From the NCBI GenBank assembly GCA_949289125.1, contig CASEME010000018.1, positions 134,359-198,358 on the forward strand: 64,000 bases of DNA, in the 5' to 3' direction. The notes beneath the pieces are model-generated. The model was not told where the DNA came from. It did no database searches and was given only the letters and a program-made list of their open reading frames with translations. Each line of letters begins with the position of its first letter. Position 1 is the stretch's first letter. Origin of the DNA: an uncultured Eubacteriales bacterium. Its GTDB lineage: Bacteria > Bacillota > Clostridia > Christensenellales > CAG-314. Both the position numbers and the translations under genes were made by a program. Below are positions 36,332 to 46,225 of this stretch, piece after piece.

Positions 36332-37597
36332 CTAATCTACAAAATCAAATTCGATGTCGCCCATTATTACCGTGTCGCCGTCTTTTGCACCGCGTTTGCG
36401 CAACTTGTCAATTACGCCACGTTCTTTCAATACACGCTGAAAATATCTGAAACTGTCGTAGTCGTCTATGTTGACCTTGCGTGCCAAAGCATTGACAAGT
36501 CCGCCTGTCACTTCGTACACGTCCTCGTCCAACACGTCTATATCAAAGCTGTTTTCGTCCTCTTGCTGATAGGTAAACGGTTGATACTCAAGCGGCTTAG
36601 CCGGTGGCAAGGTGTCCAACTGTTGGATAACTTCCTTAAGCAACTGCTCCACACCCTCGTGTATAATAGTTGTCATAGGAATAATTGTATATTTTTTGCC
36701 AAACTTCTTTACAAACTTTTTGTAATTGTCCTCAGCCATAGGCATGTCCATTTTGTTGGCAACTACAATCATAGGCAACTGTTTGAGCTGGTCATCGTAA
36801 CTGTATATCTCGTTGTTGATAAGCTGAAAGTCACTTATGGGATCTCTGCCCTCGCTACCCGATATATCCACAACGTGAATAAGCAATCTTGTACGCTCTA
36901 TGTGACGCAAAAAGGCAAGTCCTAAGCCCTGTCCCTGACTTGCGCCTTCAATAAGTCCGGGTATATCTGCCATAACAAAACTTTTGTCGTAGTAGCTTAC
37001 CACTCCCAAATTGGGTGACAAGGTAGTAAAGTGATAATTGGCAATTTTGGGCTTTGCAGAAGATACTACCGAAAGCAATGTAGACTTGCCCACGTTTGGA
37101 AAACCTACCAAGCCTACATCGGCAATGGTTTTGAGCTCCAAAATTACCGCATGTTCTTCACATTTTACGCCGTGTTCAGCAAAACGAGGCGCTTGTCTGC
37201 GGCTTGTAGCAAAGTGTCTGTTGCCTCGTCCACCTCTACCGCCTTTCAACACAACTTCACGCTGTCCGTCATAAAACATATCAGCAATGACATTTTCCGT
37301 TTCTGCATCACGGATAATTGTACCTTGCGGCACTTTGATAACTATGTCCTCGCCTGCCTTGCCTGTACAGTTTTTCTTGCCTCCGTTTTCGCCGTTGGTG
37401 GCTCTGAAGTGCTTGCTGAAGTGAAACTCGTTGAGCGTATTTTCCGAATTGGTAGCAACAAATACCACATCGCCACCCTTACCGCCGTCACCGCCGTCCG
37501 GTCCGCCGTTGGGTACAAACTTTTCTGTGTGCATAGACGCAGAACCGTTGCCTCCGTCACCTGCTTTGATAAAAATTTTTACTTTGTCTATAAACAT
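36332..37597 (-). CDS. obg: GTPase Obg/CgtA
   Basis: MFIDKVKIFIKAGDGGNGSASMHTEKFVPNGGPDGGDGGKGG, GFPNVGKSTLL, C-terminal OCT domain. Confidence 0.95.
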   Translation of the reverse strand: MFIDKVKIFIKAGDGGNGSASMHTEKFVPNGGPDGGDGGKGGDVVFVATNSENTLNEFHFSKHFRATNGENGGKKNCTGKAGEDIVIKVPQGTIIRDAETENVIADMFYDGQREVVLKGGRGGRGNRHFATSRRQAPRFAEHGVKCEEHAVILELKTIADVGLVGFPNVGKSTLLSVVSSAKPKIANYHFTTLSPNLGVVSYYDKSFVMADIPGLIEGASQGQGLGLAFLRHIERTRLLIHVVDISGSEGRDPISDFQLINNEIYSYDDQLKQLPMIVVANKMDMPMAEDNYKKFVKKFGKKYTIIPMTTIIHEGVEQLLKEVIQQLDTLPPAKPLEYQPFTYQQEDENSFDIDVLDEDVYEVTGGLVNALARKVNIDDYDSFRYFQRVLKERGVIDKLRKRGAKDGDTVIMGDIEFDFVD

Positions 37598-37697
37598 ACT
37601 TCAATACCTTTTGTCTGTATTTGTACTGACAGCTTGTCCGCACTACACAACGAAGTGCACAATGCCGTCATAGTTAATGTGTTCAATAGCTGATATT

Positions 37698-38975
37698 CTA
37701 ATCTGCTTTGTTGGTGCACGATATGCCTAAGTCGTAGGCAATGCTATTAGCAGCGTCCATACCCTGCTTAATTGCATAAGCAACAGTATTGACCGTATTG
37801 ACCACGTCACCGCCTGCATACACCCTATCAATACTTGTGTGCATATCCTTGTCTACGGCAACTCTGCCGTTGATTGATTGCGGTGCTGTATCGCCTGCAA
37901 AGTGCAAGTTGTTGCCTATTGCCACAACTACAAGGTCGCATTGAATATCAAATGTGTTGTTGGTGGCAACTACACCCTTTCTGCCGTCGCTTTGCACCTC
38001 ACTTGGTTGCATACGGCACAATTTAATGCCCGTAACTTTGCCTTGATTGTTCAATATCTCTATAGGCTGAGCAAGATACTCTATATTTAGTCCTTCGTCT
38101 AAGGCAGCTTGCAACTCATCGGGATATGCAGGTATCTCGTTGACTGTCCTGCGATAAACAAGCGTTGTCTTTTGAGAGTGTCTTAGCGCTGTCCTTGCAC
38201 AGTCTATTGCAGAGTTGCCTCCGCCTACTACAACTACGTGTTTTGCACGTTGTACATTTTTGAGATAATCTGCGCCAAACACAACGCCATTGCACTGTTC
38301 GCCCACTATTCCGAGCTTTACATTGCCTTGCAGTCCTGTTGCAAGGTACACTGCGTCAAACTCCTCCAACAACTGCGGCAAAGTGACCATAGTGCCCACT
38401 TCGCACGAAGTAATAAGAGTAACGCCTGTCTGATACAGCATAGCAGTCAACTTGTCCAAAGCGTCTTTTTTGAGTCTGAAGTCGGGTATGCCGTACCGTA
38501 CAACACCACCTGTCAAATGTTGCTTTTCGTACATAGTGACAGCTATGCCCAATTTTCTCAAATTGAGCGCACAAGCAATGCCCGACACGCCCGCACCCAC
38601 TATGGCAACACTTTTGCCACAATCTGTGCCTACAGTCAAAGAGTGCTGATACTGCTCGGTAAGCATACGCTCTACCTGTCCTATTGCTACTGCTCTGTCG
38701 GTAAGACCTTTTAGACAATGTCCCTCACATTGATGGGAGTGCGGACACACCACACCGCATATTGCGCCAAACAACGTACTGTTGCTTAGCAGTCGGTATG
38801 CCTCATATTCTTTGCCGTCCTTAACAAGGCGCATAATCTCGGGTATATCCACTCCCAACGGACAATATTTGACGCATTGCGCATTTTTGCAACAATAACA
38901 ACGCGATGCTTCTTTTATAATGCTGTCATTTACGTCTTGCACTTTTACTATCTCCGTTTGTTTTGTAATACTCAC
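37698..38975 (-). CDS. GltD-like NAD(P)H-dependent FAD/Fe-S oxidoreductase (glutamate synthase small-chain family)
   Basis: N-terminal Cys clusters (CYCCKNAQCVKYCP, CGVVCPHSHQCEGHC). VAIVGAGVSGIACA and VVVVGGGNSAIDCA dinucleotide folds. An alternative GTG start at 38942 follows a GGAGA. Confidence 0.75.
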   Translation of the reverse strand: MSITKQTEIVKVQDVNDSIIKEASRCYCCKNAQCVKYCPLGVDIPEIMRLVKDGKEYEAYRLLSNSTLFGAICGVVCPHSHQCEGHCLKGLTDRAVAIGQVERMLTEQYQHSLTVGTDCGKSVAIVGAGVSGIACALNLRKLGIAVTMYEKQHLTGGVVRYGIPDFRLKKDALDKLTAMLYQTGVTLITSCEVGTMVTLPQLLEEFDAVYLATGLQGNVKLGIVGEQCNGVVFGADYLKNVQRAKHVVVVGGGNSAIDCARTALRHSQKTTLVYRRTVNEIPAYPDELQAALDEGLNIEYLAQPIEILNNQGKVTGIKLCRMQPSEVQSDGRKGVVATNNTFDIQCDLVVVAIGNNLHFAGDTAPQSINGRVAVDKDMHTSIDRVYAGGDVVNTVNTVAYAIKQGMDAANSIAYDLGISCTNKAD

Positions 38976-39579
38976 ACAACCCGCTCAATTCACATTGATG
39001 GCACAACGGGTGTTGCGATTTGCACACATATCTGCCGTGCAACAAAAAATAATGATGACACCTGCTCCACATATCTTTGGGCAAAATGTCCATAAGTTGT
39101 TGTTCCGTACTCTCCACGTTGCTTGCGTGCACTATGCCCAATCGGTTGGTCACCCTGAATACGTGCGTATCTACAGCTATAGCGTCACCGCCAAATGCCA
39201 CTGCGTACACGACATTAGCCGTTTTTCTGCCTACGCCGTCCAAGGTGCGCAGTTGTTCGAGATTGTCGGGCACTATGCCCTCAAAACGCTCTACCAATGA
39301 ACGCGACATATTGTGCAAAAACAACGCTTTGTTGTGATAAAAGCCACAACTGTGTATAAGTTGTTCGATATATGGCAAAGGCAACTCCGCCATTTTTTGC
39401 GGAGTGTCTGCCACAGCAAACAGCGCAGGCGTAACCTGATTGACACGTTTGTCCGTACATTGTGCAGACAGTATTACCGCTACCAACAACTCAAAGGGTG
39501 AGTTGAAATTCAACTCACTCTTGGCATCAGAAAAACGGCGCTGCAATATATCGATAATTTGTGTTGTTCTTTCGTCCAT
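38926..39579 (-). CDS. nth: endonuclease III
   Basis: LVAVILSAQCTDKRVN, LDGVGRKTANVV, VDTHVFRV. C-terminal C-x6-C-x2-C-x5-C cluster. Confidence 0.9.
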   Translation of the reverse strand: MDERTTQIIDILQRRFSDAKSELNFNSPFELLVAVILSAQCTDKRVNQVTPALFAVADTPQKMAELPLPYIEQLIHSCGFYHNKALFLHNMSRSLVERFEGIVPDNLEQLRTLDGVGRKTANVVYAVAFGGDAIAVDTHVFRVTNRLGIVHASNVESTEQQLMDILPKDMWSRCHHYFLLHGRYVCKSQHPLCHQCELSGLCEYYKTNGDSKSARRK

Positions 39580-39705
39580 GCGGCACCTTTTTTGTCTTTT
39601 GTACTTACCGCACAGGCTTGTTGATGCTCAGCACGGCTTATTACTCATAATAATAGTACTATTATATAACAAGTCGTGCCGTTTTTCAATGCTTTTTAAG
39701 AAATT

Positions 39706-39960
39706 TTACCATCTTACAACTACTGTTTTACCACCGCTGTTGCGCACAGAAAAAATTCCTGCAAAGCTCTCAATGTTGGCAAGTTGTTCGCCAAGACGTT
39801 GGGCATCGTACTGACTGATACGCACGGACAATCCGCAGCCTACGTTGGCAGCCCTTGGCGTACTTACAAGCGCGCAGTTGAGTTTCAAATTGCGTTGCAG
39901 ATAGTTGTACACTTTGAGAGAAATGTTGCGTGAACGATATGTTACTATTACATATTCCAT
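39706..39960 (-). CDS. DUF3343-like small protein (putative S/Se-carrier-associated)
   Basis: MEYVIVTYRSRNISLKVYNYLQRNLKLNCALVSTPRAANVGCGLSVRI fits the F.S...A...E..L....I....PTPR....CG..I pattern. Divergent from the cysteine desulfurase gene. Confidence 0.55.
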   Translation of the reverse strand: MEYVIVTYRSRNISLKVYNYLQRNLKLNCALVSTPRAANVGCGLSVRISQYDAQRLGEQLANIESFAGIFSVRNSGGKTVVVRW

Positions 39961-40183
39961 AGTATGACCTCGGCAAAAAATAGTATGTAATATTGCCTTG
40001 CCGTTGTCCATACATTATTATATCACGGCAAATTGCACGGCGATATTGTGGCAAAGAAGATATTCCTCAACCGAATAAGCAGCTCGGTCAGAATATCTTT
40101 GCACCAACTAACGCCGCAATTTATTGTATGCCGACAGTACACACTAATGCCACTTTTTGTGCGCAAAAAGGAGTTGAATAACT

Positions 40184-41329
40184 GTGATTTATTTGGACAA
40201 CGCTGCAACAACACACTACAAACCGCAAAACGTAGTAGATGCAGTGACGCTTGCACTGACAAAGTATTCGTACAATCCTAACAGAGGCAGCAACAAACAA
40301 GCACAACTACTGCAACAGCGCATATACGACACAAGACGTGTAGTATGCGCACTGCTCAACGGATATTCGCCCGACAATACGGTATTTACTGCCAACACAA
40401 CAGCAGCACTGAACCTTGCAATACTTGGCAGAGTGGTAAAAGGCGGACACGTAATTACTACTGCTACCGAACACAATTCGGTGTTGCGACCGCTCAACCA
40501 GCTGTACAGACGTGGACACATACAGCTTACCGTAGTTACTCCCCGTGCAGACGGCAAAATATATGCCGATGACGTGATAAGCTCCATACGTCACAACACT
40601 TACATGACGGTATTTTGCCACACGTCCAACGTGACAGGCACAAAGCAGGATGTGGCAACTTTGTGCAAAGCGGTAAAGTACGCACGTCCGGACATAATTA
40701 CTCTGCTCGATTGTGCACAATCGGTAGGCTACAGCACCATTGATATGAAAAACTTTGCCGCAGATATGGTGGCAATACCTGCACACAAAGGTCTGCACGG
40801 TATGCAAGGTTGCGGAGTACTGTGCTTTAGTGAGTCGGCAAAACCACGCCCAATAACTTTCGGAGGCACGGGCACAGACAGCAACAATCTTCTTCAGCCC
40901 GACACTTTGCCCGACGGATTGGAAGCAGGTACGCTCAACTGTCCGTCCATATTGGCGCTGTATGCCGCTATTGAATGGTGGGCGGACGCGCACAAAAAAT
41001 ATCTGTCCGAGATGTCCAATCAACTTCAACTGCTTATTGACGGACTGCAGACAATCAACGGCGTTAGCGTGTACAGCCAACTCAATCAAAGCGGTATAGT
41101 GGCTTTTAACATAAAAGGTTATGACTCTTCAATAATAGCCGACATACTCAATCAGAAGTACGACATTGCTGTGCGCGGTGGCGTACAATGTGCTCCGCTT
41201 ATGCACAAGTGGTTGGGTACATCAGAACAAGGCGTGGTACGAGTAAGCCTTGGTTGCGACAACACACGTGAGGACTGCTATCAACTGCTTAATGCCGTGC
41301 AAAAGTTGGCAAAACTCAACACGCTATAG
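40184..41329 (+). CDS. class V aminotransferase / cysteine desulfurase
   Basis: GTG start after AAAGGAG. IYLDNAATT, PLP-lysine context IPAHKGLHG, catalytic-Cys loop RGGVQCAP. Confidence 0.85.
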   Translation: MIYLDNAATTHYKPQNVVDAVTLALTKYSYNPNRGSNKQAQLLQQRIYDTRRVVCALLNGYSPDNTVFTANTTAALNLAILGRVVKGGHVITTATEHNSVLRPLNQLYRRGHIQLTVVTPRADGKIYADDVISSIRHNTYMTVFCHTSNVTGTKQDVATLCKAVKYARPDIITLLDCAQSVGYSTIDMKNFAADMVAIPAHKGLHGMQGCGVLCFSESAKPRPITFGGTGTDSNNLLQPDTLPDGLEAGTLNCPSILALYAAIEWWADAHKKYLSEMSNQLQLLIDGLQTINGVSVYSQLNQSGIVAFNIKGYDSSIIADILNQKYDIAVRGGVQCAPLMHKWLGTSEQGVVRVSLGCDNTREDCYQLLNAVQKLAKLNTL

Positions 41330-41465
41330 GCATTGAAACAACGACAACAAAGATACACTACAAAAATAACGCCCTAATTAGTACGCATATCAACGCATAC
41401 TAAAAGGGCGTTTTATATTTTGTGCAAAGCAATGCACTATTGTGTTGATATTAGTTGCAAAACAA

Positions 41466-42089
41466 TTACAAGTGCAACTCGAGCGCACCAAACAGCACAA
41501 CTCCTACTGCCGCCGACAATACTATCATAAGTATGGGGTGCAGTTTTTTGCCTTTTATCTTTATTTTTGACACCACAAACAACAGTACAAAGAATATCAA
41601 CGATACATGGTTGAAGGTGTCAAAAGAGTTGGCGTTGATGTTGGTAAAATCGAGGTCAGGCAAAAATACAGGTATGCCAATGCTGAATACTGCAGACAAA
41701 ACAAGTCCTACTACTATAGGTCTTATACCAAACAATACGCCCTGCACGTACTTGTTGGTGCGGAACTTGTCATACAGCTTGGTAACAATAATAATGATAA
41801 TAAGCGAGGGCAATACTACTGCAAAGGTAGCTACCATAGCCCCCAAAATACTGCCAAACACACCCAAAGAGGTAGAACCGCCCACATTGATACCCACAAA
41901 TGTTGCAAGATTGATTGCAAACGGACCTGGGGTAGACTCGGATATTGCCACAAAGTTGATTAGCTGTTGTTCGGTAAGCCAACCTCTGCTCAACACCACC
42001 TGTTTCACCATAGGAAGCATTGCATAACCGCCACCTATAGTAAACAAACCTATCTTAAAATATTCCCAAAATAACAACAAAAATTCCAT
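41466..42089 (-). CDS. chromate transporter (ChrA) family protein, second half-size subunit
   Basis: MEFLLLFWEYFKIGLFTIGGGYAMLPMV...ESTPGPFAIN. Preferred start at 42089, 4 nt after the upstream stop. Confidence 0.8.
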   Translation of the reverse strand: MEFLLLFWEYFKIGLFTIGGGYAMLPMVKQVVLSRGWLTEQQLINFVAISESTPGPFAINLATFVGINVGGSTSLGVFGSILGAMVATFAVVLPSLIIIIIVTKLYDKFRTNKYVQGVLFGIRPIVVGLVLSAVFSIGIPVFLPDLDFTNINANSFDTFNHVSLIFFVLLFVVSKIKIKGKKLHPILMIVLSAAVGVVLFGALELHL

Positions 42090-42093
42090 ACCG

Positions 42094-42909
42094 CTATCTG
42101 TCCTCCCCGTCTTTGTTGTCGACATCTGAGCGGTCGTGGCTATTGGTGGCAACCTCTTTGTCCCCTTTGTCGCCCGCATCTGCTTTGTCAGCTTTGTCCG
42201 TGACAGACGCATCAGACACTACTGCGTTGGGACTGATATTGGTATCATCTTTGACCACTTGGTCAATATTACCTTCTGCCTCTTTCAACGCTTCTTCGGT
42301 GTTAGCAATATTTTCGCTGAGAGCCGTTTGTGGCAACTCTTTTTGCTGTTTGTTTTTGCTTACTCTCTCTGCTACAAGCGAATATACAAGACCGATGACA
42401 CCACCGCACAAAATGATGTATATTACACTAAACGATGTAAACAGTGCTACGCCAAATGCGGCAATCATCATCACGTAGTCAAACACAGAGCGTTTGAGCT
42501 GTTTGAACATTTTGGTAAAAGCGTTGATAATCAGTACACATACGCTTACCTGTATGCCTGCAAAAGCGGCTTTGTACCACTTGTTGTCCTGAAAAGCGTC
42601 TATCAAAAATGACAGCGCAAAAATAATCAAAAATGAAGGCAACACTACTGCCAAAGTAGCAACGCACGCTCCCAAAATACCGCGCGTGCGGTAGCCTATA
42701 GAAGTTGCCGTATTGACGGCAAGTACTCCTGGAGTGGACTCGGCAATTACCAATATGTCCAACATATCGCTGTCTGTAGCCCATTTTTTGCGTGCCACTA
42801 CTTCTTTTTCGATAATGGCAACCATAGCGTAACCGCCTCCGAACGTAAACATACCTATCTTAAAAAACGTCCAGAATAATTCCCACAAAGTTGTTTTTTT
42901 CATAACCAC
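42094..42909 (-). CDS. chromate transporter (ChrA) family protein, first half-size subunit with acidic C-terminal tail
   Basis: FWTFFKIGMFTFGGGYAMVAII...ESTPGVLAVN, then a ~85-aa D/E/K-rich tail. Confidence 0.8.
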   Translation of the reverse strand: MVMKKTTLWELFWTFFKIGMFTFGGGYAMVAIIEKEVVARKKWATDSDMLDILVIAESTPGVLAVNTATSIGYRTRGILGACVATLAVVLPSFLIIFALSFLIDAFQDNKWYKAAFAGIQVSVCVLIINAFTKMFKQLKRSVFDYVMMIAAFGVALFTSFSVIYIILCGGVIGLVYSLVAERVSKNKQQKELPQTALSENIANTEEALKEAEGNIDQVVKDDTNISPNAVVSDASVTDKADKADAGDKGDKEVATNSHDRSDVDNKDGEDR

Positions 42910-42912
42910 ACC

Positions 42913-43824
42913 TTACAGTTGATAAATTTTGTCTGCTTGTTGTACGATGTCGCGCACCGCATTTGTGTCAAAATCGGGCACATAATCTTCAGTTGCGCTG
43001 TCTGCATCCTGCGAAAAGCCGTTAATAAGCCCTACGTTGAAAAAGTACTCTGTCACAGCCTCATACTCACGCTTGGTAAGTTTTCTGTTGAGAAAAGGGT
43101 ACTTGTCGTCGGTATGAGTGACAAAGTATTGTGCCATAAGGCTTACATAGCACTGCGGATAGTACTTAGCTATCCAATCGAGCACCAATTTGGTGTCTTC
43201 CACACACTGTGGCAACACCAAATGGCGCACTATCACGCCACGCTTCATAATGCCGTTGTCAAACACATCGTTGGGTTGTTGACGTTTCATCTCGCTAATT
43301 GCCGCAGTTGCAACTTCAAAATAGTCGCTTGCTCCGCACATATTGTAAGATAATTGTGAAGAGCAAAATTTGAGGTCGGGCAAATAAATGTCCACAAGTC
43401 CTTGCAATGTTGCTAATTGTTCAACACGCTCGTATGCGTTGGTATTGTACACAACGGGAATATGCAACCTGCTTTTGACAGCGCTCAATGCACTACGAAT
43501 ATTGGGCAAAAAGTGTTGTGGAGTAACAAGATTGATGTTGTTGACGCCCATATCGTTGACATACAGCAACAACTTGGCAAGCTGTTGGTCTGTCACTTCC
43601 ACACCGTTGCCGCTTGCAGAGATGGTATAGTTTTGACAAAACCGACATCTTAAATTGCAACCACCAAAAAATATTGTACCGCTTCCGCAATTAGCAGACA
43701 AAGGCGGTTCTTCCCAATAGTGAGGTGCTACTCGTGCAACGGTGGCATTTTGCCCCGAATGGCAAAAACCGTGGTCAGTATTTCTATCCACATTGCACGC
43801 TCTCGGACACAAATTGCATTTCAT
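42913..43824 (-). CDS. radical SAM protein (PflX-like, PFL-activase homologue)
   Basis: GGCNLRCRFCQNY (CxxxCxxC). Preferred start MKCNLCPRACNVDR at 43824. Confidence 0.75.
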   Translation of the reverse strand: MKCNLCPRACNVDRNTDHGFCHSGQNATVARVAPHYWEEPPLSANCGSGTIFFGGCNLRCRFCQNYTISASGNGVEVTDQQLAKLLLYVNDMGVNNINLVTPQHFLPNIRSALSAVKSRLHIPVVYNTNAYERVEQLATLQGLVDIYLPDLKFCSSQLSYNMCGASDYFEVATAAISEMKRQQPNDVFDNGIMKRGVIVRHLVLPQCVEDTKLVLDWIAKYYPQCYVSLMAQYFVTHTDDKYPFLNRKLTKREYEAVTEYFFNVGLINGFSQDADSATEDYVPDFDTNAVRDIVQQADKIYQL

Positions 43825-44039
43825 TTGACGATTATAGCACAACGATAATTTTGTTACAAACGATTTACAAATAAATAGCTTGCAAAACACATCAAAAACA
43901 CGCTATTTTTTGATTTTCGATCAATTACACCACTCATACTTTTTCAATCGCTTGTACCAATACTTTGTACAAACCTTATTCAAGACTACAGGAAGAACAA
44001 AAAACACGGGGACAAGTACTGTACCTTGCACCCGTGATA

Positions 44040-44378
44040 TAAATAAGAGTACGGTCTGTAAGCCGAGTTCTGTTTGCGATGATTATCTATCTACGATTGT
44101 CGTCGCCGACAACCTCCAGCGAATATGTCGAGATACCGAGCAGGTATTTGTTCTCATTTCTTGCACCGAGTGGGGTTTACATGAACGCAAAGTCGCCAGT
44201 GCGTTTGTGGTCTCTTACACCTCATTTCCACCCTTACAGACAAAAGTCTGCGGTATATTTCTGTTGCACTTTCCTTAGAGTCGCCTCCACAGGGAGTTAC
44301 CCTGCACCCTTGCTCTGCGGTGCTCGGACTTTCCTCGTGAGTTGCCTCCCGCAATCATCCAACCGTCTCTTACCGCAA
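44040..44378 (-). ncRNA. rnpB: RNase P RNA
   Basis: The minus strand reads ...GAGGAAAGTCCGAGCACC..., ...GTAAGGGTGGAAATGAGGTGTAAGAGACC..., ...ACAGAACTCGGCTTACAGACCGTACTCTT. These are the universally conserved CR-I, P10-12 and CR-IV/V blocks. P1 pairing is AAGAGACGGT / ACCGTACTCTT. ORF-track entries here are spurious. Confidence 0.9.
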
Positions 44379-44536
44379 AGATTATAGTACAGTTTGTACA
44401 ACTTGTCAAACAGAGTAGGTACAAAGTATTACACTTTGTCCGCATTTTCAATTTGACATTGCGTTGTTGCAAAGCGGACGAGCTATACACATAAACTATA
44501 AAGACAAAAGTTTATGTGGGAGGTAGTACGTCTATT

Positions 44537-45229
44537 ATGTTTGCTTCACTTTTGCGGTTTTTGAAAAAACTGTTTTTCTTTACCGGATACTTTACCAACA
44601 GCACCTATCCACAACCGCTGTCTTCCCAAGAAGAGCGCAAATATCTTGAAGCTATGCAAAAGGGGGACGCCAACGCAAGAGAAAAACTTATTTATCACAA
44701 TATGCGACTTGTGGCACACATTGCAAAAAAATATTCGTCCTGCAATGACACGGACGACCTTATATCCATAGGCTCTATTGGGCTTATAAAAGGTATAGAA
44801 AGTTATCACAGCGGCAAAGGCACTACACTCGCCACCTACCTTGCGCGGTGTATAGACAATGAGATACTTATGAGCTTACGTTCCAACAAAAAGTACAAAA
44901 ATACCGTGTATTTGCAAGAACAGCTTGGTGTAGACAACGAGGGCAACGAGTACACTTTGTTGGAGATACTCTCTGCAGGAGAAGAAAGCGTGTTTCGCAA
45001 AGTGGAACTGTCTATTTTGAGGCAAAATTTGTTGCGGCTTATGAATTTGCACCTCAATAAGCGTGAAAATCAGATACTTACCATGCGCTTTGGACTCAAC
45101 GGAGATGCACCGCTTACACAGTTGCAAGCAGCAGAAAAATTAAAAATCAGTCGTAGCTACGTGTCACGCATAGAGACCAAAGCATTGTCCAAACTTCGCG
45201 ACAAAATGTCGCCCGAAGATATGCTATAA
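44537..45229 (+). CDS. sigK: sporulation sigma factor SigK (pro-sigma-K, uninterrupted)
   Basis: Pro-sequence plus YPQPLSSQEERKYLEAMQKGDANAREKLIYHNMRLVAHIAKKY and ISIGSIGLIKGIESY closely parallel B. subtilis pro-sigma-K (FPQPLSSSEEKKYL...). The ORF could start at GTG 44516. Confidence 0.85.
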   Translation: MFASLLRFLKKLFFFTGYFTNSTYPQPLSSQEERKYLEAMQKGDANAREKLIYHNMRLVAHIAKKYSSCNDTDDLISIGSIGLIKGIESYHSGKGTTLATYLARCIDNEILMSLRSNKKYKNTVYLQEQLGVDNEGNEYTLLEILSAGEESVFRKVELSILRQNLLRLMNLHLNKRENQILTMRFGLNGDAPLTQLQAAEKLKISRSYVSRIETKALSKLRDKMSPEDML

Positions 45230-45252
45230 ACTTGCGCAAATGCGGCTATTTG

Positions 45253-45717
45253 TTAAACTGCAAGCCTACGTATACGCTTTTTCGCCTTAAGCTGTGTGTA
45301 TGTCGGACACGCTATTACACGCATGGCACGTTGCTTGCGCAAATGCGCTTTTTTGTAAGCAATGACAGACAGCACAGTCTGCCACACGCCAACCGCCAAT
45401 AGATACACCGCAAAGCAAAAGCGCAACACATTGTTGCGTGCAGAGGACGCCAACAATGCGCCCATCGTGCCGACAATCATAGTAGGGATAATACAAGGCA
45501 ACAACACTTTGCCTTGTATAAGTCCGTGCTTTTTGTGAATAATAACAGCAATTATTGACATTGGCAAAAAGGACAACAGGTTGATAGCCTGTATAATTTT
45601 TTGTTCTATATCAAGCATAGACAGCAACGGTACAAGCAACGTACCGCCACCCATACCCATACCGCCTGCCACACCACCAACTATTCCAAACAACAACGCC
45701 CACAAATTGGTATTCAT
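45253..45717 (-). CDS. TauE/SafE-family anion exporter, half-size protein
   Basis: GGVAGGMGMGGGTLLVPLL motif, 4 predicted TM helices, basic tail. Confidence 0.7.
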   Translation of the reverse strand: MNTNLWALLFGIVGGVAGGMGMGGGTLLVPLLSMLDIEQKIIQAINLLSFLPMSIIAVIIHKKHGLIQGKVLLPCIIPTMIVGTMGALLASSARNNVLRFCFAVYLLAVGVWQTVLSVIAYKKAHLRKQRAMRVIACPTYTQLKAKKRIRRLAV

Positions 45718-45736
45718 CTATTTCCTCTCCAATCAT

Positions 45737-46099
45737 TTACAGCGCAAGCAGCATTTTTACTCCGCCTGCAATCAAAAACAGCCCAAAAATAAGTTTGACC
45801 GCATTACCGTTGAGCTTATTGAGTAGTAATGCACCAAAGGTACCGCCTATTGCTACGCCCAACGCCGCCAACCCTAAAGTTGCATATGGCAACGAATTTT
45901 TAAGCATATACACCAAAGAGCTGACAGCAGTAACAGGCAAAATAATTGCTATAGCAGTAGCCTGCGCCTTTTTTTGGGGCAAGGCAAACACGGTAAGTAG
46001 CAGCATCACCGTCAACACTCCGCCACCACCGCCCAAAAATCCGTTTATCCACCCAGAAACAGCAGAGAGCAGTATTGTTACGACTATTTTTTTATTCAT
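45737..46099 (-). CDS. TauE/SafE-family anion exporter, half-size protein
   Basis: GFLGGGGGVLTVMLL motif, 4 predicted TM helices. Lies 19 nt upstream of its partner. Confidence 0.7.
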   Translation of the reverse strand: MNKKIVVTILLSAVSGWINGFLGGGGGVLTVMLLLTVFALPQKKAQATAIAIILPVTAVSSLVYMLKNSLPYATLGLAALGVAIGGTFGALLLNKLNGNAVKLIFGLFLIAGGVKMLLAL

Positions 46100-46225
46100 T
46101 TTTCACCCTATTACATCTCAAAAAACAGTGCAATTTGATTGCCTTTTTGTTTAGTTTGTATTAAAATGTCTATATGTATGTACCTCTGCATACGATAATA
46201 ATTTTTATTAAAGGTATAAGAGAAA

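Noticed and set aside
38926-38975. 50-nt overlap between the nth 3' end and the annotated start of the GltD-like gene, considered as possible unusual overlapping coding.
   Set aside because: It is more simply explained by start mis-assignment. A GTG at 38942 with a GGAGA RBS shortens the overlap to 17 nt, which is ordinary operon packing.
44079-44490. ORFs 43880-44278, 44079-44387, 44154-44354 and 44275-44490.
   Set aside because: They overlap the RNase P RNA gene, whose conserved blocks are unambiguous on the minus strand.
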